NCBI GenBank assembly: GCA_964234715.1
Contig: OZ174290.1
Strand: one strand, 5' to 3'
DNA from: Podarcis melisellensis
Lineage: Eukaryota
Length of the DNA stretch: 64,000 nt
This document shows positions 13,158 to 25,569 of the stretch, in pieces. Under the pieces are notes generated by a model. That model saw only the letters and a program-made list of their open reading frames with translations. It did not search any database and was not told the origin of the DNA. How positions within the stretch are numbered: the first letter of the stretch is position 1; every line of letters begins with the position of its first letter. A program made the position numbers and the translations under genes.

Positions 13158-13247
13158 CTTAGAAGCTTGCCGTAAAACGTCCACGACTACTTTTACTGGC
13201 AATCCAACTGAGATCTCCTTCATGGCTTCTATGCACCATTTGTAAGC
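13158..13247 (-). CDS. APPBP2: APPBP2 exon 6
   Basis: AYKWCIEAMKEISVGLPVKVVVDVLRQASK; ccacag| and |gtaaat; 90 nt. Confidence 0.97.
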
Positions 13248-13744
13248 CTGTGGAGCACCCAAGGATATTGTCAGGATTATTTAAGATTTTATAAAAAGCC
13301 TCAAATTTTCTATGTGCTGTGCAGAATTATTTTTTTTTTCCAAATGCAAAAGCAGCTCTTGTTTGCAGGCTTACAATTTGATAGCCAAAGGAAACAGGGA
13401 GGGATGATGAAACCAAGCAAATTCAGGTTCCATCAGGGTCACTGTCAATGGTCAATGTGCCATTTGCCAAAAACCCTCAATGCAGCAGGGGATCCATTCA
13501 GAAGAGCCTCTTAGACCTGTTCCTCCTCTTCATTGGAAACCTGCTGGTTCACCCTGCCTCTCAATAACAGAAGTAGCGAGCAGGAGGAGGAGCTGCCACT
13601 GTCTTCATCCTCACTGGCTCTGTCTGGCACAAATGAGGAAGCAGAAGCAGCAGTGGCAACAATGGCAGAGAGAAGGCACACTCAGTGAGGGAAGCAGAGG
13701 GTGGAATTGAGGGCGTCAAGCCCAAGGGCTGCCCATCAAAACCG

Positions 13745-14110
13745 GTAAAAGGTAAAGGTACCCCTGCCCGTACGGGCCAGTCGTGACCGACTCTAGGGTT
13801 GCGTGCTCATCTCGCTCTATAGGCCGGGAGCCGGCGCTGTCCGAAGACACTTCCGGGTCACGTGGCCAGCGTGACGAAGCTGCACTGGCGAGCCAGCACC
13901 AGCGCCGCACACGGAAATGCCGTTTACCTTCCCGCTAGGTAAGCGGTCCCTATTTATCTACTTGCACTTAGGGGTGCTTTCGAACTGCTAGGTGGGCAGG
14001 AGCTGTGACCGGACGGCGGGAGCTCACCCCACCGCGGGGATTCCAACCGCCGACCTTACGATCAGCAAGTCCTAGGCACTGAGGTTTTACCCACAGCGCC
14101 ACCCGCGTCC
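13745..14110 (-). mobile_element. Sauria SINE (Squam1), near full length
   Basis: (ACCTTT)n tail reversed; gtcgtgaccgactc BovB-like 3' end; conserved tatttatctacttgcact...gctttcgaactgctagg core. Confidence 0.9.
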
Positions 14111-14659
14111 GTGGGTACTGGGTTCCAATATCTCAATACACACAAACACATGACTTTATTCACTGAAGTACCGCTCTGCCTTTTGAACTAAACCTCTATG
14201 GAGATGAGAGTGTAATCTCTAATGAAAATCAAAGAGAAGGCTGGGAGTGGGGAGGCAGGTGCAGAACCCCCAATGGGGCTTGCAGATCCCTTCTCCTGTC
14301 CTGACTTCCAAGCCTGGCCGTTCAAATAAAGTTTAGGAGCAGTTGCTTAGCAGGAGCCTCACTGCCCCACCACTTATCTTTCAACCTTTGGCCTCCAGTC
14401 CTTAATCCAGCACCTAAGATGTTCACAGAAATCTAAACAGAGGCTCCCAAGAACTTGGCTTTCAAACTCTGAACTGCGAGAATCTGCTGTTCTAGCAAGA
14501 CTATCAGATGTTGCGATGGTGTGGCTGGGTGTCTGTCGAGGTGTAAAGCTGAAGTCAAGAGCAGAGGAACAGGCAGTCCTAGGGAAAGACACTCTGGCAA
14601 ACTGCATGGAGCCAAGAGTCCTGCAAGAGATCATGGAGCCACCAATCTCCAGGGTGATG

Positions 14660-14848
14660 GAAGGGCTGTAGCCCAGTGGTAGAGTGTCTGCTATGCATGC
14701 AGAAGGTCCCTGTTTCAAACCCTGGCATTTCCAGGTAGAGCCAGGGCAGACTCCCTATCTGAAACGCTGGAGAGCCGCTGCCAGTCAGCGTAAGAGAATA
14801 CTTAGCTAGATGGCCTGACTCAATATAGGGCAGCTTCCTATGTTCCTA
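14660..14848 (+). mobile_element. Squam3-like tRNA-derived SINE
   Basis: gggctgtagcccagtggtagag A-box; gtttcaaaccc B-box; ctggagagccgctgccagtcag body; cttcctatgttccta tail. Other copies near 15105, 23770-24070, 38995-39170, 45615-45795, 45835-46265, 54860-55950, 58210, 60265. Confidence 0.8.
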
Positions 14849-15219
14849 AATTGTTTGTTCCCAGCTGAGGATTTAAACACTATCCCAACAAAGGCTGGGA
14901 AAACACTTCGGTGCCTGCAAACTCTGGCACTTGAACCTGAGCCAAGTGCTAGCTTTAGCCAAATGCTAATTTTATTTGGCACCACCTTACCAGCTGGAAT
15001 TCTGTCACCAAACCTCAGTGAAACCTGCTTTTGTCTGCCCACGCGCTGCTGCCAAGTGAACCCACAGAACACTTTGTACTGGAAAGAATAGCTGGCCTGT
15101 TCTTACTACATAGGAAGCTGCCTTGTACCAAGTCACTGGCCTGCCTAGTTCAGCACTGTCTACACAGAAGGGTTTCAGGTGGAGGCCTCTCCTAGTTTGG
15201 CTAGAGATGCCATCGGGGA

Positions 15220-15880
15220 TTATTATTAAATATATTCATACTCCGTCTGTCTCCCAAGTTGGGATTCAAAACAGCTTACATTTTAAAAACATAGCTGTGA
15301 GACACAAATTACCGTATTTTTTGCTCTATAAGACTCACTTTTTCCCTCCTAAAAAGTAAGGGGAAATGTGTGTGCGTCTTATGGAGCGAATGCAGGCTGC
15401 GCAGCTATCCCAGAAGCCAGAACAGCAAGAGGGATCGCTGCTTTTGCTGCGCAGCGATCTCTCTTGTTCTGGCTTCTGAGATTCAGAATATTTTTTTTAT
15501 TGTTTTCCTCCTCCAAAAACTAGGTGTGTCTTATGGTCTGGTACGTCTTATAGAGCGAAAAATACCGTAATAAAGGCAAGCTAGTTAAAAACAACAGTTA
15601 AAATACGGCAAAACACATTTCGAACTGGCATTAAAATACTGATTGCCCTGACAGCGGTCAACATGGTCTGCACCTGGTTTTCAAAGGCCTATCTGAATAG
15701 GAAGGCCTTAGCCTGCTATCGGAAAGACAGCGATGAAGGAGCCAGTCTAGCCTCTCTTGGGAGGGAATTCCACAATATGGGAGTAGCTACAGAAAAGGCT
15801 CTCTCATGTCACCACCAACCATGCTTCTGGTGTTGATGGGACCGAGGGAAGGTGCTCAACTGAGGATCTTAGCACCCAAC
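15220..15880 (-). mobile_element. L2-clade LINE 3' fragment interrupted by a MITE
   Basis: Reverse strand gives degenerate RAFSV.T..LWNSLP.EARLAPS RT C-terminus followed by an AT-rich tail. Confidence 0.65.
15312..15567. mobile_element. Mariner/Tc2-type MITE (family B)
   Basis: TA|ccgtattttttgctctataagac ... gtcttatagagcgaaaaatac(c)g|TA; highly similar to 28525-28783. Confidence 0.85.
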
Positions 15881-15969
15881 TGAAGCTTCTGCATACAAAA
15901 GACATGCTCTGCCACTGAGCTTCTTCCATGTGGAGATGTTCTAGGCTGGATTCTGCGAAAGACGCTCAC

Positions 15970-16138
15970 CTCATCGTAATGGCTCTTTGCAAAGAGCAGG
16001 GCACACAGCTCCCCATATAGAGCAGCTTTGTTGGCTTGCTGGCCGTGCTTTGCTAGCTTGTCCATGTAAGACTGCGCTAATTTGAACGTTTCTTCTCCCA
16101 GGTGGTATTTACAGTTGCCATTCCGGACGTGCAGCAAC
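15970..16138 (-). CDS. APPBP2: APPBP2 exon 5
   Basis: LLHVRNGNCKYHLGEETFKLAQSYMDKLAKHGQQANKAALYGELCALLFAKSHYDE; ccctag| and |gtgagc; 169 nt. Confidence 0.97.
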
Positions 16139-17468
16139 CTAGGGCAAGACACAAAAGGATCTTGAAACCTTGAGTGGGAAAGTTGCTGAGCGATTCAGAC
16201 TATTAAAAGGCGATTACTGGCTTTGCGATCGTGCATCCTCAAATGAAAGAAGGAAGCTTCTCATCAATGTTAAATAATATTTTAACATCCTAAGTAATTA
16301 CTTTAACACATGCCGCCAAACCACAGGCAGGAAGACAGGTTCAGAGGCAGCAGCCTGGTTCAGATGCAAGAATGTTGGTTCGACAAAGCATTGTTTACTG
16401 GGTAAAGAAGTAGTATTTTGCCCATGTGTTCCTCTTCCCCTCTCCTGGATGACGCAATGCAAGACCTCGGCGGTTTGTTAAACCAGCTTCCAGTGACTGG
16501 GTTGGCCTTTGACTACAGACCAAGATAGGAAACCAATTCTAGTTTGTAGTCAGGGATTAAACCACAGTTGTCCAATTCAGATGGAATAGGAAACTCTGGT
16601 TTGACAAACCAAAATGTTTTGCATTGTGGTGCACAGGAAAAGTGTAATGAGCTCATTGTCGAGCCAGTATATCACAGAATACCAGATGCATTTTAAAAGC
16701 GTGCATTAAAAACACAGGATTGAAAAATAAAACAAAACCCATTCTTATTGGAAAAGAGATACTGCCCCCGACCTCAATTACAGATTAAAAATATGGCATA
16801 CTGCAGATGTGTCTGAGGTATTTTGCTTTCTGAAGACTTAAAGGGAGGATAATACTGATGGATTTATGAGAAAGTAGATTTTGCTTGTGGCATCGTAGAA
16901 CAATGAATTACAAGAGTTTACACAGCTCTGTGTGTGTGTGTGTGTGTTTTATTTATTGTGAAGTGCTATGATTAATGAGTGGTTAATGTATTAATCGTAT
17001 GAGTTGTACATTTTGTAATACTTTTTTTTTAAAAAGCACATTACTTTCCCACCTTTTTTCTGAATACACCAAAGGATTGTACTTTGGACACATGTATTTT
17101 TAATGGTTGTAAACTTCTTTGAATTTTTAAAATGAAATTCCAGTATAGAATTTTTTTTTTTGTAAAACAATAAAGAGATAAAACATATGGTGTGTACGCA
17201 GCCTGCATGTGTCTGAAAGCACTGGAAAGAGTGCCACCACAACCACCCTCCTGTTCTAATAGCCTCCCCTCACCCACTTTAAGATGCCTTTAAACAACCA
17301 GGACATGTCTGCTCCAGAGCAACCAAAGAAGCTTCTCCCCATGACAGAGCAGGCAAAAAGGAAAAACTTTTTTTTGGGGGGGAATGGGGGAGTGGTAAGA
17401 TATCTGAAAGTTCATTCCCACCATTGATCTCAATTCCTAGGCAAGTGAAAGTTACTCTGTTTAATCCA

Positions 17469-17627
17469 CCTTAACCATTCGGTCCAGTCGTGACCGACTC
17501 TGGGGTTGCGGCGCTCATCTTGCTTGCCAGAGCAGCGCACAGAAACGCCGTTTACTTTCCCACCGGAGCGGTACCTATTTATCTACTTGCACTCTGACGT
17601 GCTTTCGAACTGCTAGGTTGGCAGGAG
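17469..17627 (-). mobile_element. Sauria SINE, internally deleted fragment
   Basis: Shares gtccagtcgtgaccgactctggggttg and gctttcgaactgctagg blocks with 13745-14110. Confidence 0.8.
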
Positions 17628-18469
17628 AGTAATTTATTAGGGAAAGCCTAAAAGTGGATATAAAGCATTCAACGAAGCCCCGAGCAGGTGAGTGTGTTCT
17701 TGCAAGGACGACTAGGAATAATTCCAAACAGCCATCTTGTACTGGAATGCTATTAATGTATTGAGTTGCACATATTAATAAAACAGGAATAGGGTCTGTC
17801 TCCTCTTCCAGCCTTTTTTTTTTAAACGACAAAGTCCTCTGCCAGTTCTGCAGTACAAGGATCTGCAGGAAATCACAGCTAAGCATTAAGTCAGCACAAT
17901 CCCCCAAGAGTCAATAACAAGCAGGCGGAGGACGATGGGGGCGGAGGGGGGGGGGACAGCAGTGACCTGGCAGGAAATGTCACCTTGTTTGCACATCAGC
18001 AGCACACAGCAAGACTGATTGAGACCATGGCCCTGAACATGCAGTCCGTACTTCCCAGGCCTCCGATTTATTTGTTTTTTAAACAAGTGCAGACCAGGCA
18101 ACAAAGAGGTCCTTGGGACACTGGAGGAAGAACGGGTTCCTTACCTGTAAGTGTTGTTCTCTGAATGAGGAATCATGGGGTGCAGTCACACCCACGGGGT
18201 GCAAATGACCCCAAAGAACCATCACCATGAGCTTTGTATCATAAGGCTTCCTGCTACGGATAGTCTCATTTGGCCCTTGTCAGCCACTAGTTTTATGGAA
18301 GAGCAACTCTGGGAATGGGGAGGGTGAGTGATCGGCTAACCGTACACACTCACAGATGCACATCATCTCCCAAGATTGCTTGCCGATGAATCCCACTCCA
18401 GCAGCCATTGTGCAGGACTGGCAGGAAACCCTGGGTAGGTCCAATTTGGACATATGGGTCTCCAGAGGG

Positions 18470-18740
18470 CAATCCCAGAAGAATGTAAGGAGAGCTCTGC
18501 TGGCTCAGATAAGCGGCCCACCTGGTCCACTGCTTTTTCCTTAAATTGGCCAAGCAGGTGCCCATGGGAAGCCTGCAGGCAGGACCTGAGTTCAGCAGCA
18601 CTCTCCCTCCTTGAGATTCCCAGCAACTCGTATCCACAGGTATACTTTCTCAGACTGTAGAAAGTAGAACATAGCCATCGCTGCAGGAGTCACTGGCTGC
18701 TCTGGAATTTGTTTGGCCCCTTTTAAAGCCATCTAAGCCA
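18470..18740 (-). mobile_element. CR1 LINE 3' end fragment
   Basis: aagaatgtaaggagagctctgctgg...cccacctggtcca pattern (reversed CR1 tail); similar pieces at ~10710-10830(+), 30990-31230(-), 33462-33550(-), 33620-33860(+), 59572-59760(-). Confidence 0.6.
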
Positions 18741-19061
18741 TGGAGCAGAAATGTATGTGCTTTAGAGTGCAGGATGAAGCAGAAACACAGACCATGGCAA
18801 CCAGAGGGAAGGACAGGAAGCAAAAGGTGTGCTAACCTGCCTGACCCCTGCACTAGCTGTTCTCTGTCCTGTGAGAGTCACTGTCGCTGGGGACGGAAAG
18901 GCACTAGGAAAGGCCTCCACTATCTACACAGGTGGCCTCCATGAACAGCAGCCCATTAACTAGTCATCATGGCCACTTCATAATTTACTCGCGTTAAGCA
19001 CAGACACACCCTGCAGCACGAGCATCTCACCCCTTTGCTAAAAAATGGGGACAGGGCTTAC

Positions 19062-19185
19062 CTCACGCAACACTCGACCGCACGAAACCAGTGGAGCATC
19101 TCGTCGTGAAGTGTACATAACTGAAGGCAGGAGAGGAAGACCTTCTCAGCATCGCTGTACCAGCCGGCGTCCGAGAGGAAGCCTC
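19062..19185 (-). CDS. APPBP2: APPBP2 exon 4
   Basis: GFLSDAGWYSDAEKVFLSCLQLCTLHDEMLHWFRAVECCV(R); ttgcag| and |gtaagc; 124 nt. Confidence 0.97.
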
Positions 19186-19389
19186 CTGCAAAGGCAATGG
19201 ACATGGACAAGGTGTTGTGCAACCAGGGCGCCATTACCATAGACAAGGGCCCATGCTTTATTTATTTACTATTGTTAGCAGTTGGGCAATTCTCTGGATC
19301 CAAGCCATGCAGTATTGACTTTCTTTTGAAGAAAGGAATTGAGCAATTTATTTACTTTCTCTCCCCTCCCCCCAGCAGTTTTTTTCTCT

Positions 19390-19512
19390 CTTTCAAACTT
19401 GGGTCCCCAGCTGTTGCTGGACTACAACTCCCATCATCACTGGTGATGTTAGCTAGGAGTGATGGGAGTTGTAGTCCAACAACAGCTGGGGACCCAAGTT
19501 TGAGAAACAGTG
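19390..19512. mobile_element. hAT-type palindromic MITE
   Basis: Near-perfect foldback tcaaacttgggtccccagctgttg...caacagctggggacccaagtttga. Confidence 0.8.
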
Positions 19513-19828
19513 TTCTATAGGCTGCTCCCCTTCTCGCTTCACTCGCCAACACTGCCTACTCCTTACCCCTCTGAACCTCCACTCGCTGGCCTAGGCCAGG
19601 TCCCCGTTTGCCTCCATCTCTGGTTCCCTCTTCCTCGCCCAGTTTATGGTCATGCTGTAATTTGCAGTACCGCCTTTCAGCAGCCATGCGAACTGCAGCA
19701 TGACGACATCCTTAGTAAAATATGTAATAGGAGAGAAAGAAAATCTTATTTCAGTTTCTTCTTCATGTGCCTCTTACTGAGTTCCAAGCAAGCAAGATAG
19801 ATTAATATCCTATTTCACCCACAGTTAC

Positions 19829-19980
19829 CTAAGACAAATCCAATCTGGATAGCTTTTTCTTTTACAGTAGCATCTGATTCGGCTATGTAGGAACACCTCC
19901 TGCTGAACGAATAGGCCAACACAGATGCCACCTTTACTCCATGGTCCATCAATGCCTGAAAACAGTGATGTAGTAGATGT
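19829..19980 (-). CDS. APPBP2: APPBP2 exon 3
   Basis: HLLHHCFQALMDHGVKVASVLAYSFSRRCSYIAESDATVKEKAIQIGFVL(G); tttcag| and |gtaact; 152 nt. Confidence 0.97.
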
Positions 19981-20177
19981 CTGAAAGGGAAACAGAAGGA
20001 AGAGGGAGAAGATAAAAATGTTTTACCTCCTTCCAACAAACACTTTGTGCCTGCAGTCCAAAGGTGTGCTTACCGGGGATAAGCTCCAATGAGTTTAAGG
20101 GGCTTGCTCCTTGGAAACTGCAATGTGAGTTTCTGTTTTAACCAACAGGCACTGAACTATCAAGCCATTTACTAAAG

Positions 20178-20564
20178 CAGTGGTTTTCAACCAGTGTGCT
20201 GTAGCACCCTGGGGTGCCGTGAATATTGGTCAGGGGTGCTGCGGGCAACACAAGCCTCTGACCCTCTTTCCTTCCCTCCTTTCTCTGATGCCCTCGCGTC
20301 TCTGCCTACCAAAGGCTTGCACAACTGGTTGGCGAGGCAGTTCAGAGGCCAGGGACAGCAGCAGTAGCTGCCCAGAGTACTCCTAAGGAGAGGGGAGGAG
20401 GCTGAGGGAACACTCCACAAAGGAGGGTGTTTGAAAAAGGGTGAGAGGCTTCCAGCTCTGCAGGCAAGGGGTGACATAAGTGGGCTCCTGAGCCCCACAG
20501 GGGTGCCCCTAAAGAATGTAGTTGGTTAAGGGAGCCATGGACTCAAAAAGGTTGAAAAACTCTG
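20178..20564. mobile_element. hAT non-autonomous element
   Basis: cagtggttttcaacc...ggttgaaaaactctg; TSD tactaaag/tactaaaa; partial second copy ~25225-25411. Confidence 0.8.
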
Positions 20565-21555
20565 TACTAAAAAATAAAGAGACCACAAATTACAATCTGG
20601 TTAAGCCCTTTGGAACAGATGCATTCCCTGCCCTCCCTGTATCCATGGGTGATATCCAATGCTAGTCCTACTCAGAGCAGACCCACCAAAGTTAATAGGT
20701 ATGACTAACTTACAGTCATTTCTATGTTAGGACTTAGTTGGATACAACACCTTCTCTCTTTGCCATAATACAGGAACTCAGAAAAGCTTAACATTCATCA
20801 ATGATTAGCACGTACACACTCAAACACAAACAGCTGCCGCATTTTACAGCACAGAACAGATTTATGCTGTGTCCTTGAGATGGGGTGGGGTAGAAGACAC
20901 CCCCCCAAACCCTGCAATTTTCACAAAAAAATCCAAAATGCCACCTCCAGCCCAGATTTGCAAAAACAGGAAGCAATCCATCACCCGGAATTCCTGCTAC
21001 AGCCAATATCAGCCACATGAATTATGTGAGCACCACAAGGCTGAGAGCTCTTAATCAATCAAACTTCCACCACCCCGACACAAAAGCAGCTGCCGGAGCC
21101 TGTTAACAGGGCTGTTAAGCAGAAGAACATAAACATGCTTTGGGGAGAATTTTGCTTTTCTTCCCCCCACCCCCACAAACCTTTCCTTGCCCACAGTAGC
21201 AGAGGATACCAAATCCAGTTAGAGAAAGCTTCTTTAGTTTTGTTTATTTGTGGTTGCCTGTGATTCCCTTCCTCTCTCCTATGTTCTCTGACATACATAG
21301 AGAACTTGGGAGAGTTGTGTCTGTGTCTTCTTTTGTGTTTAAATTTTGTTCTGGACTCAAGACAGGAAAGCTCAAAAGAGAGCATACATAGAAGAGGAAA
21401 AGCTCATTAGTAGATTCTGACCATTGCCTGCCTAGGACCAGGGAGATGTCGCCCCCTCTGTCTTAAACTAAGCTTTAAAGAAAGCTTCTACTGTAGATAC
21501 ATTTAGCTATGGGTTCTGCTAAACCCAATGGTGCTTACATTTATTAGGATTACAC

Positions 21556-21917
21556 TATGGTGCTGGAGGAGACTCTTGAGAGTCCCATGGACTGCAAGAA
21601 GATCAAACCTCTCCATACTGAAGGAAATCAACCCTGAGTGCTCACTGGAAGGACAGATTGTGAAGCTGAGGCTCCAGTACTTTGGCCACCTCATGAGAAG
21701 AGAAGACTCCCTGGAGAAGACCCTGATGTTGGGAAAGATGGAGGGCACAAGGAGAAAGGGACGGCAGAGGACGAGATGGCTGGATAGTGTTTTCGAGGTT
21801 ACCAGCATGAGTTTGACCAAACTGCGGGAGGCAGTGGAGGACAGAGGTGCCTGGCGTTCTCTGGTCCATGGGGTCACGAAGAGTCGGACACGACTAAACG
21901 ACTAAACAACAACAACA
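21556..21917 (+). mobile_element. BovB (RTE) LINE 3' end, 5'-truncated
   Basis: Open frame WCWRRLLRVPWTARRSNLSILKEINPECSLEGQIVKLRLQYFGHLMRREDSLEKTLMLGKMEG...; 3' end ggggtcacgaagagtcggacacgact plus (CAA)n tail. Confidence 0.93.
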
Positions 21918-22279
21918 TATGGCATATTTGTGATAAACCTCTAGCTTAAAATCTTTACAAAGCTATGTCTTTTAAGTCAGAACATGACTACTGTATTTAC
22001 ATGGTGGTAGCCAAGCTAACCAATAGGAAGTCATGGCTGAAAGCAGCTGCAAAACACAAATTTATTGGGCAGGGCACTTTATGCAGAAGGGTGGGTGCTA
22101 TCCAGTCACATTCTAAGCACTAAGCACCCACTGATTCTGACCAGAGAGTTAAGCACTGAAACTGGTGGGGTTCAAAAACGCTCAGTGGTGATTGGGCTGC
22201 ATCCAGTTATGTTTTATAGGGGGAAATGTTCATCTTGCAAAGTGAGAGGAGCTGCCATTTTTTGTAAGCAGTGACTTAC

Positions 22280-22368
22280 CTTTTATCTAAAGCTCGAAGC
22301 ACCTTTGCAAAAACTTCCAGTTCGCAGAATTCACTACCCAGCTGGCATAGTCGGCCTTGTTGGTAAAG
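22280..22368 (-). CDS. APPBP2: APPBP2 exon 2
   Basis: LYQQGRLCQLGSEFCELEVFAKVLRALDK(R); ctgcag| acceptor, |gtaagt donor; 89 nt. Confidence 0.97.
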
Positions 22369-23452
22369 CTGCAGGAAGAGGGAGAAAAGAGTTTTGTGAG
22401 TTGTACTGAGGGACAGAAATATCAAGCCAGGAGTGTGGCACACTGTTTGTTCTAGCTCAGGGCATGGCTGCTTTCCGCTGATGAACAGGGTCACAAAACA
22501 TTGCTCCTCACACAAAATCAGGCTACTTGGTACACCTAATGACCAGTGGTGTATTTTTATGGTGTCTACCACCCCGGGCAGAAGTGGTACCAGTATATCC
22601 TCCCAGGAACTTGTTCATGCGCAACCTCAAGAGAGCACACAAGCACCAAATTCCTTCCTCTTTGCATGTGTGTTGGGGATACCTTGACTCAACTTTGGAG
22701 TGCAAGTCCCAAAGGCCTCACAATCCCATGTGGTAGTGTGCTCTTTCTCTCCATCCGCTGCCCGTCTCCTTCCTCAGGTGTGGTTTTGGAAGCAGTAGTG
22801 GTGGCGGCAGGGCAAAGCCTCTCCTAGGCATGCGAGACCCGCCTTGCACCCTGGGGTGGTCACTGCAGGTGGTATGCACATGGCAATAGAGAGCGATACA
22901 AATGCCACCTTCTCAGCTTTGCTGCCCTAGGCAACTGCCCCATTTGCCCTCCCATAAACATGTCTCTGCTCATGGTTTAAGCTTAACCTAGCAAGTTATC
23001 TGTCTGGTCCCATCCACTTTGCCAGCTGTGATGGTATCGCTGGGCCACAAGGGGCAAAGTTATATGGCAAGGGCAGTGAGTTGCATAGCTTTGCTTGCCA
23101 GAATTAATCACAAGGAGGAGAGGAAGGAACCTACAAGATAAAAAAAGCTTTCTGGATTGTAGAGTATTTGTTCTTTGTAACACTCATGTGAGCCATCAGC
23201 CTTTGACAGCTTTTTTCGCTTCGCTTTGCCAAGTAAAGTGCATTACTTCCACACACACACACCCCTCAGTACACAGAGGATAAGCCAGCAAAATTTTGTT
23301 TACTACGTTGCATGTTTTTCTGAAGTCCAGCAGTCTGCCCCATTCTCTGGGGACTGAAGCTACTAGAAAAAGCACTGTTGTAAAAAATGTCTACATCAGG
23401 AAAATATTGTTTAAGGGTTTTCTTTTTTTTAAAGGACTGCGTTTTGTTAGTA

Positions 23453-23678
23453 CAGTGGTACCTCGGGTTAAGTACTTAATTTGCTCTGGGGGTCCGTTCT
23501 TAACCTGAAACTGTTCTTGACCTGAAGCACCACTTTAGCTAATGGGGCCTCCCACTGCCACCGTGCCGCTGCTGCACGATTTCTGTTCTCGTCCTGAAGC
23601 AAAGTTCTTAACCCAAGCTACTATTTCTGAGTTAGCGGAGTCTGTAACCTGAAGTGTATGTAACCCGAGGTACCACTG
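23453..23678. mobile_element. Tc1/mariner (Tigger-like) MITE (family C)
   Basis: TA|cagtggtacctcgggtta ... taacccgaggtaccactg|TA; same-length copies at 55599-55824 and 58447-58672. Confidence 0.88.
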
Positions 23679-24763
23679 TATAAGTGCAGCTTGCTAAGTC
23701 AGAGCATGGGTTCACTGAACTCTTGTATTGTCTACATTGACCAGCAGAAGCATATCAGATTTTCAGACGGAATTTTTTGACAGCCTTACGTGGAGGTTCT
23801 GGAGATTGAACCTGGAACCATCTGCATGCAAAGCAGGTGCTCTACCACTCAGCTATGGTCTCTCCCCTGTGGCTATAGGAAGCTGGCTTATACTAGCTCA
23901 GACTACTGGTCCATCCAGCCCAGTGTTGTCTACTTTGACTGGCAGCAATTCTTCCAAGATCTCTGGTTGGGAAGGGGCTCTGTTATCAGCTGCTACTGGA
24001 CCCATATTTAAACAGAGACAACCAAGGATTGAACCTGGGACCTTTTGCACGCAAAGCATTTGCTCTACCATCCCGTCCCAGGAAGTCTGGCTTGTAAACA
24101 GTCCAGTATTGACTTGCCCATGGCGAAAAAGAACTGCTTCCAGGCAATAGGGAAAGAAAGCTTGTTCAGGCATCGAGCCAAATCATGCTTTGTGCTAACA
24201 AGGGTTTAAACATCTGCCCTTCTATAGTGATAGCCTGACAATTCAGACATCACACCAAAGTGACCAAACCATGGCTTTCAAACTATGGTTTCAGATTTTG
24301 GTTTGCCAGCTAATTGCAAACGGTGGTTTGTCACTTCACAGAGACGGCAGAAAGCCACAGTTAAGCTTCCTTAACCATGATATGGCTCAATTTATTATAA
24401 ACTAAACCCTGAGAGGTTTCTGTCCCCCACTTCCTTTCTGTGTTGTCATGCCACAAATGACTTACATCGAACATGCCTGTAGGGTACTTAAAAACAACAA
24501 TATCAGTGTACGAGCCAGTAGCTTTTAATAGACATTGGCAAGACTGTTTCACTATGCTTCTATGTCAGGGGTCACCAGCAAAACTGGAGAAACTTGCCAA
24601 AGGCATGATACACACACACTGCAACCAAGCATTCAGAACAAACTATTTCAAAGGCAACAAGAAAAACTTTTAAGCTTACTTTCTGCAGGGGGAAGAATCC
24701 TGGGGACGCCAGGGAAGACCCCTGGGGGCATGTGGGCACCACACTGGCAACCCCATGCTCTGA

Positions 24764-25127
24764 CAGGGGTTGGCAACGTGCGGCCCATGGGCCGGATGCA
24801 GCCCATGAAGACCGTTTTACAGGCCCACGAGCTGCCCCTGAACCGAGCCGCCCGCTTGGCAAGTCCCTCACATGCTGCGCTAAACTGGCATAGGGACTTG
24901 CTGAGCGGAAATTGCGTCTGCACACATGCAGATACTAGAAATTGCATCTGTGCATGTCCGCTTCTGTGCAGGGGCGATTTTCGGCGTCTGGGCATGCGCA
25001 GAAGCAATTTCCGGTGCCGCGGACATGTGCAGACGCAATATCCGGCGTTGCACTGCACCAGTCCAGCCCACACACGATCTCCATGGGAGTGATCTGGCCC
25101 ATTGCCAGTAAACCCTGCTGACGCCAG
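24764..25127. mobile_element. hAT-type non-autonomous element with internal gcatgcgcag-like repeats
   Basis: caggggttggcaac start; cggcccatgggccggatg subterminal motif shared with the 45971 element; right end degenerate. Confidence 0.65.
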
Positions 25128-25423
25128 CTCTATGACAACCTCTTCTCATGCCCCTGTGGGGGCAGTGTGATGATGCACCTCTCTTTGGGGCGCGGGGAGG
25201 GGGGAGACCAGGGGTGGTAGCTGCGGCTGCCCAGAGGACTCCAAGTAGAGAGGGGAGAGGGGAGGAGGCTGAGGGAACACTCCACAAGGGAGGGTGTTCG
25301 AAAAAGGGTGAGAGGCTGCCAGCTCTGCAGGCAAGGGAGCCCCGATGGGGTGCCGCAGAAAGAATGTAGTTGGTCAAGGGAGCACTGGACTCAAAAAAGT
25401 GAAAACCTCTGCTCTTTGTAGTA

Positions 25424-25569
25424 CAGTCATACCTCAGGTTACAGATGCTTCAGGTTGCGTTTTCTCGGTTTGTGGGCCGCCGAAACCCGTAAGTACTGAA
25501 TGGGTTACTTATGGGTTTTGGCGGTCGCACATCCCGCACGGATCATGTTCGCAACCCAAGCGTCCACTG
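25424..25569. mobile_element. Tc1/mariner MITE (family A, copy 2)
   Basis: TA|cagtcatacctc ... gtccactg|TA. Confidence 0.7.

Noticed and set aside
24535-25377. Overlapping 117-185 aa ORFs
   Set aside because: They span GC-rich non-autonomous hAT elements; no transposase motifs
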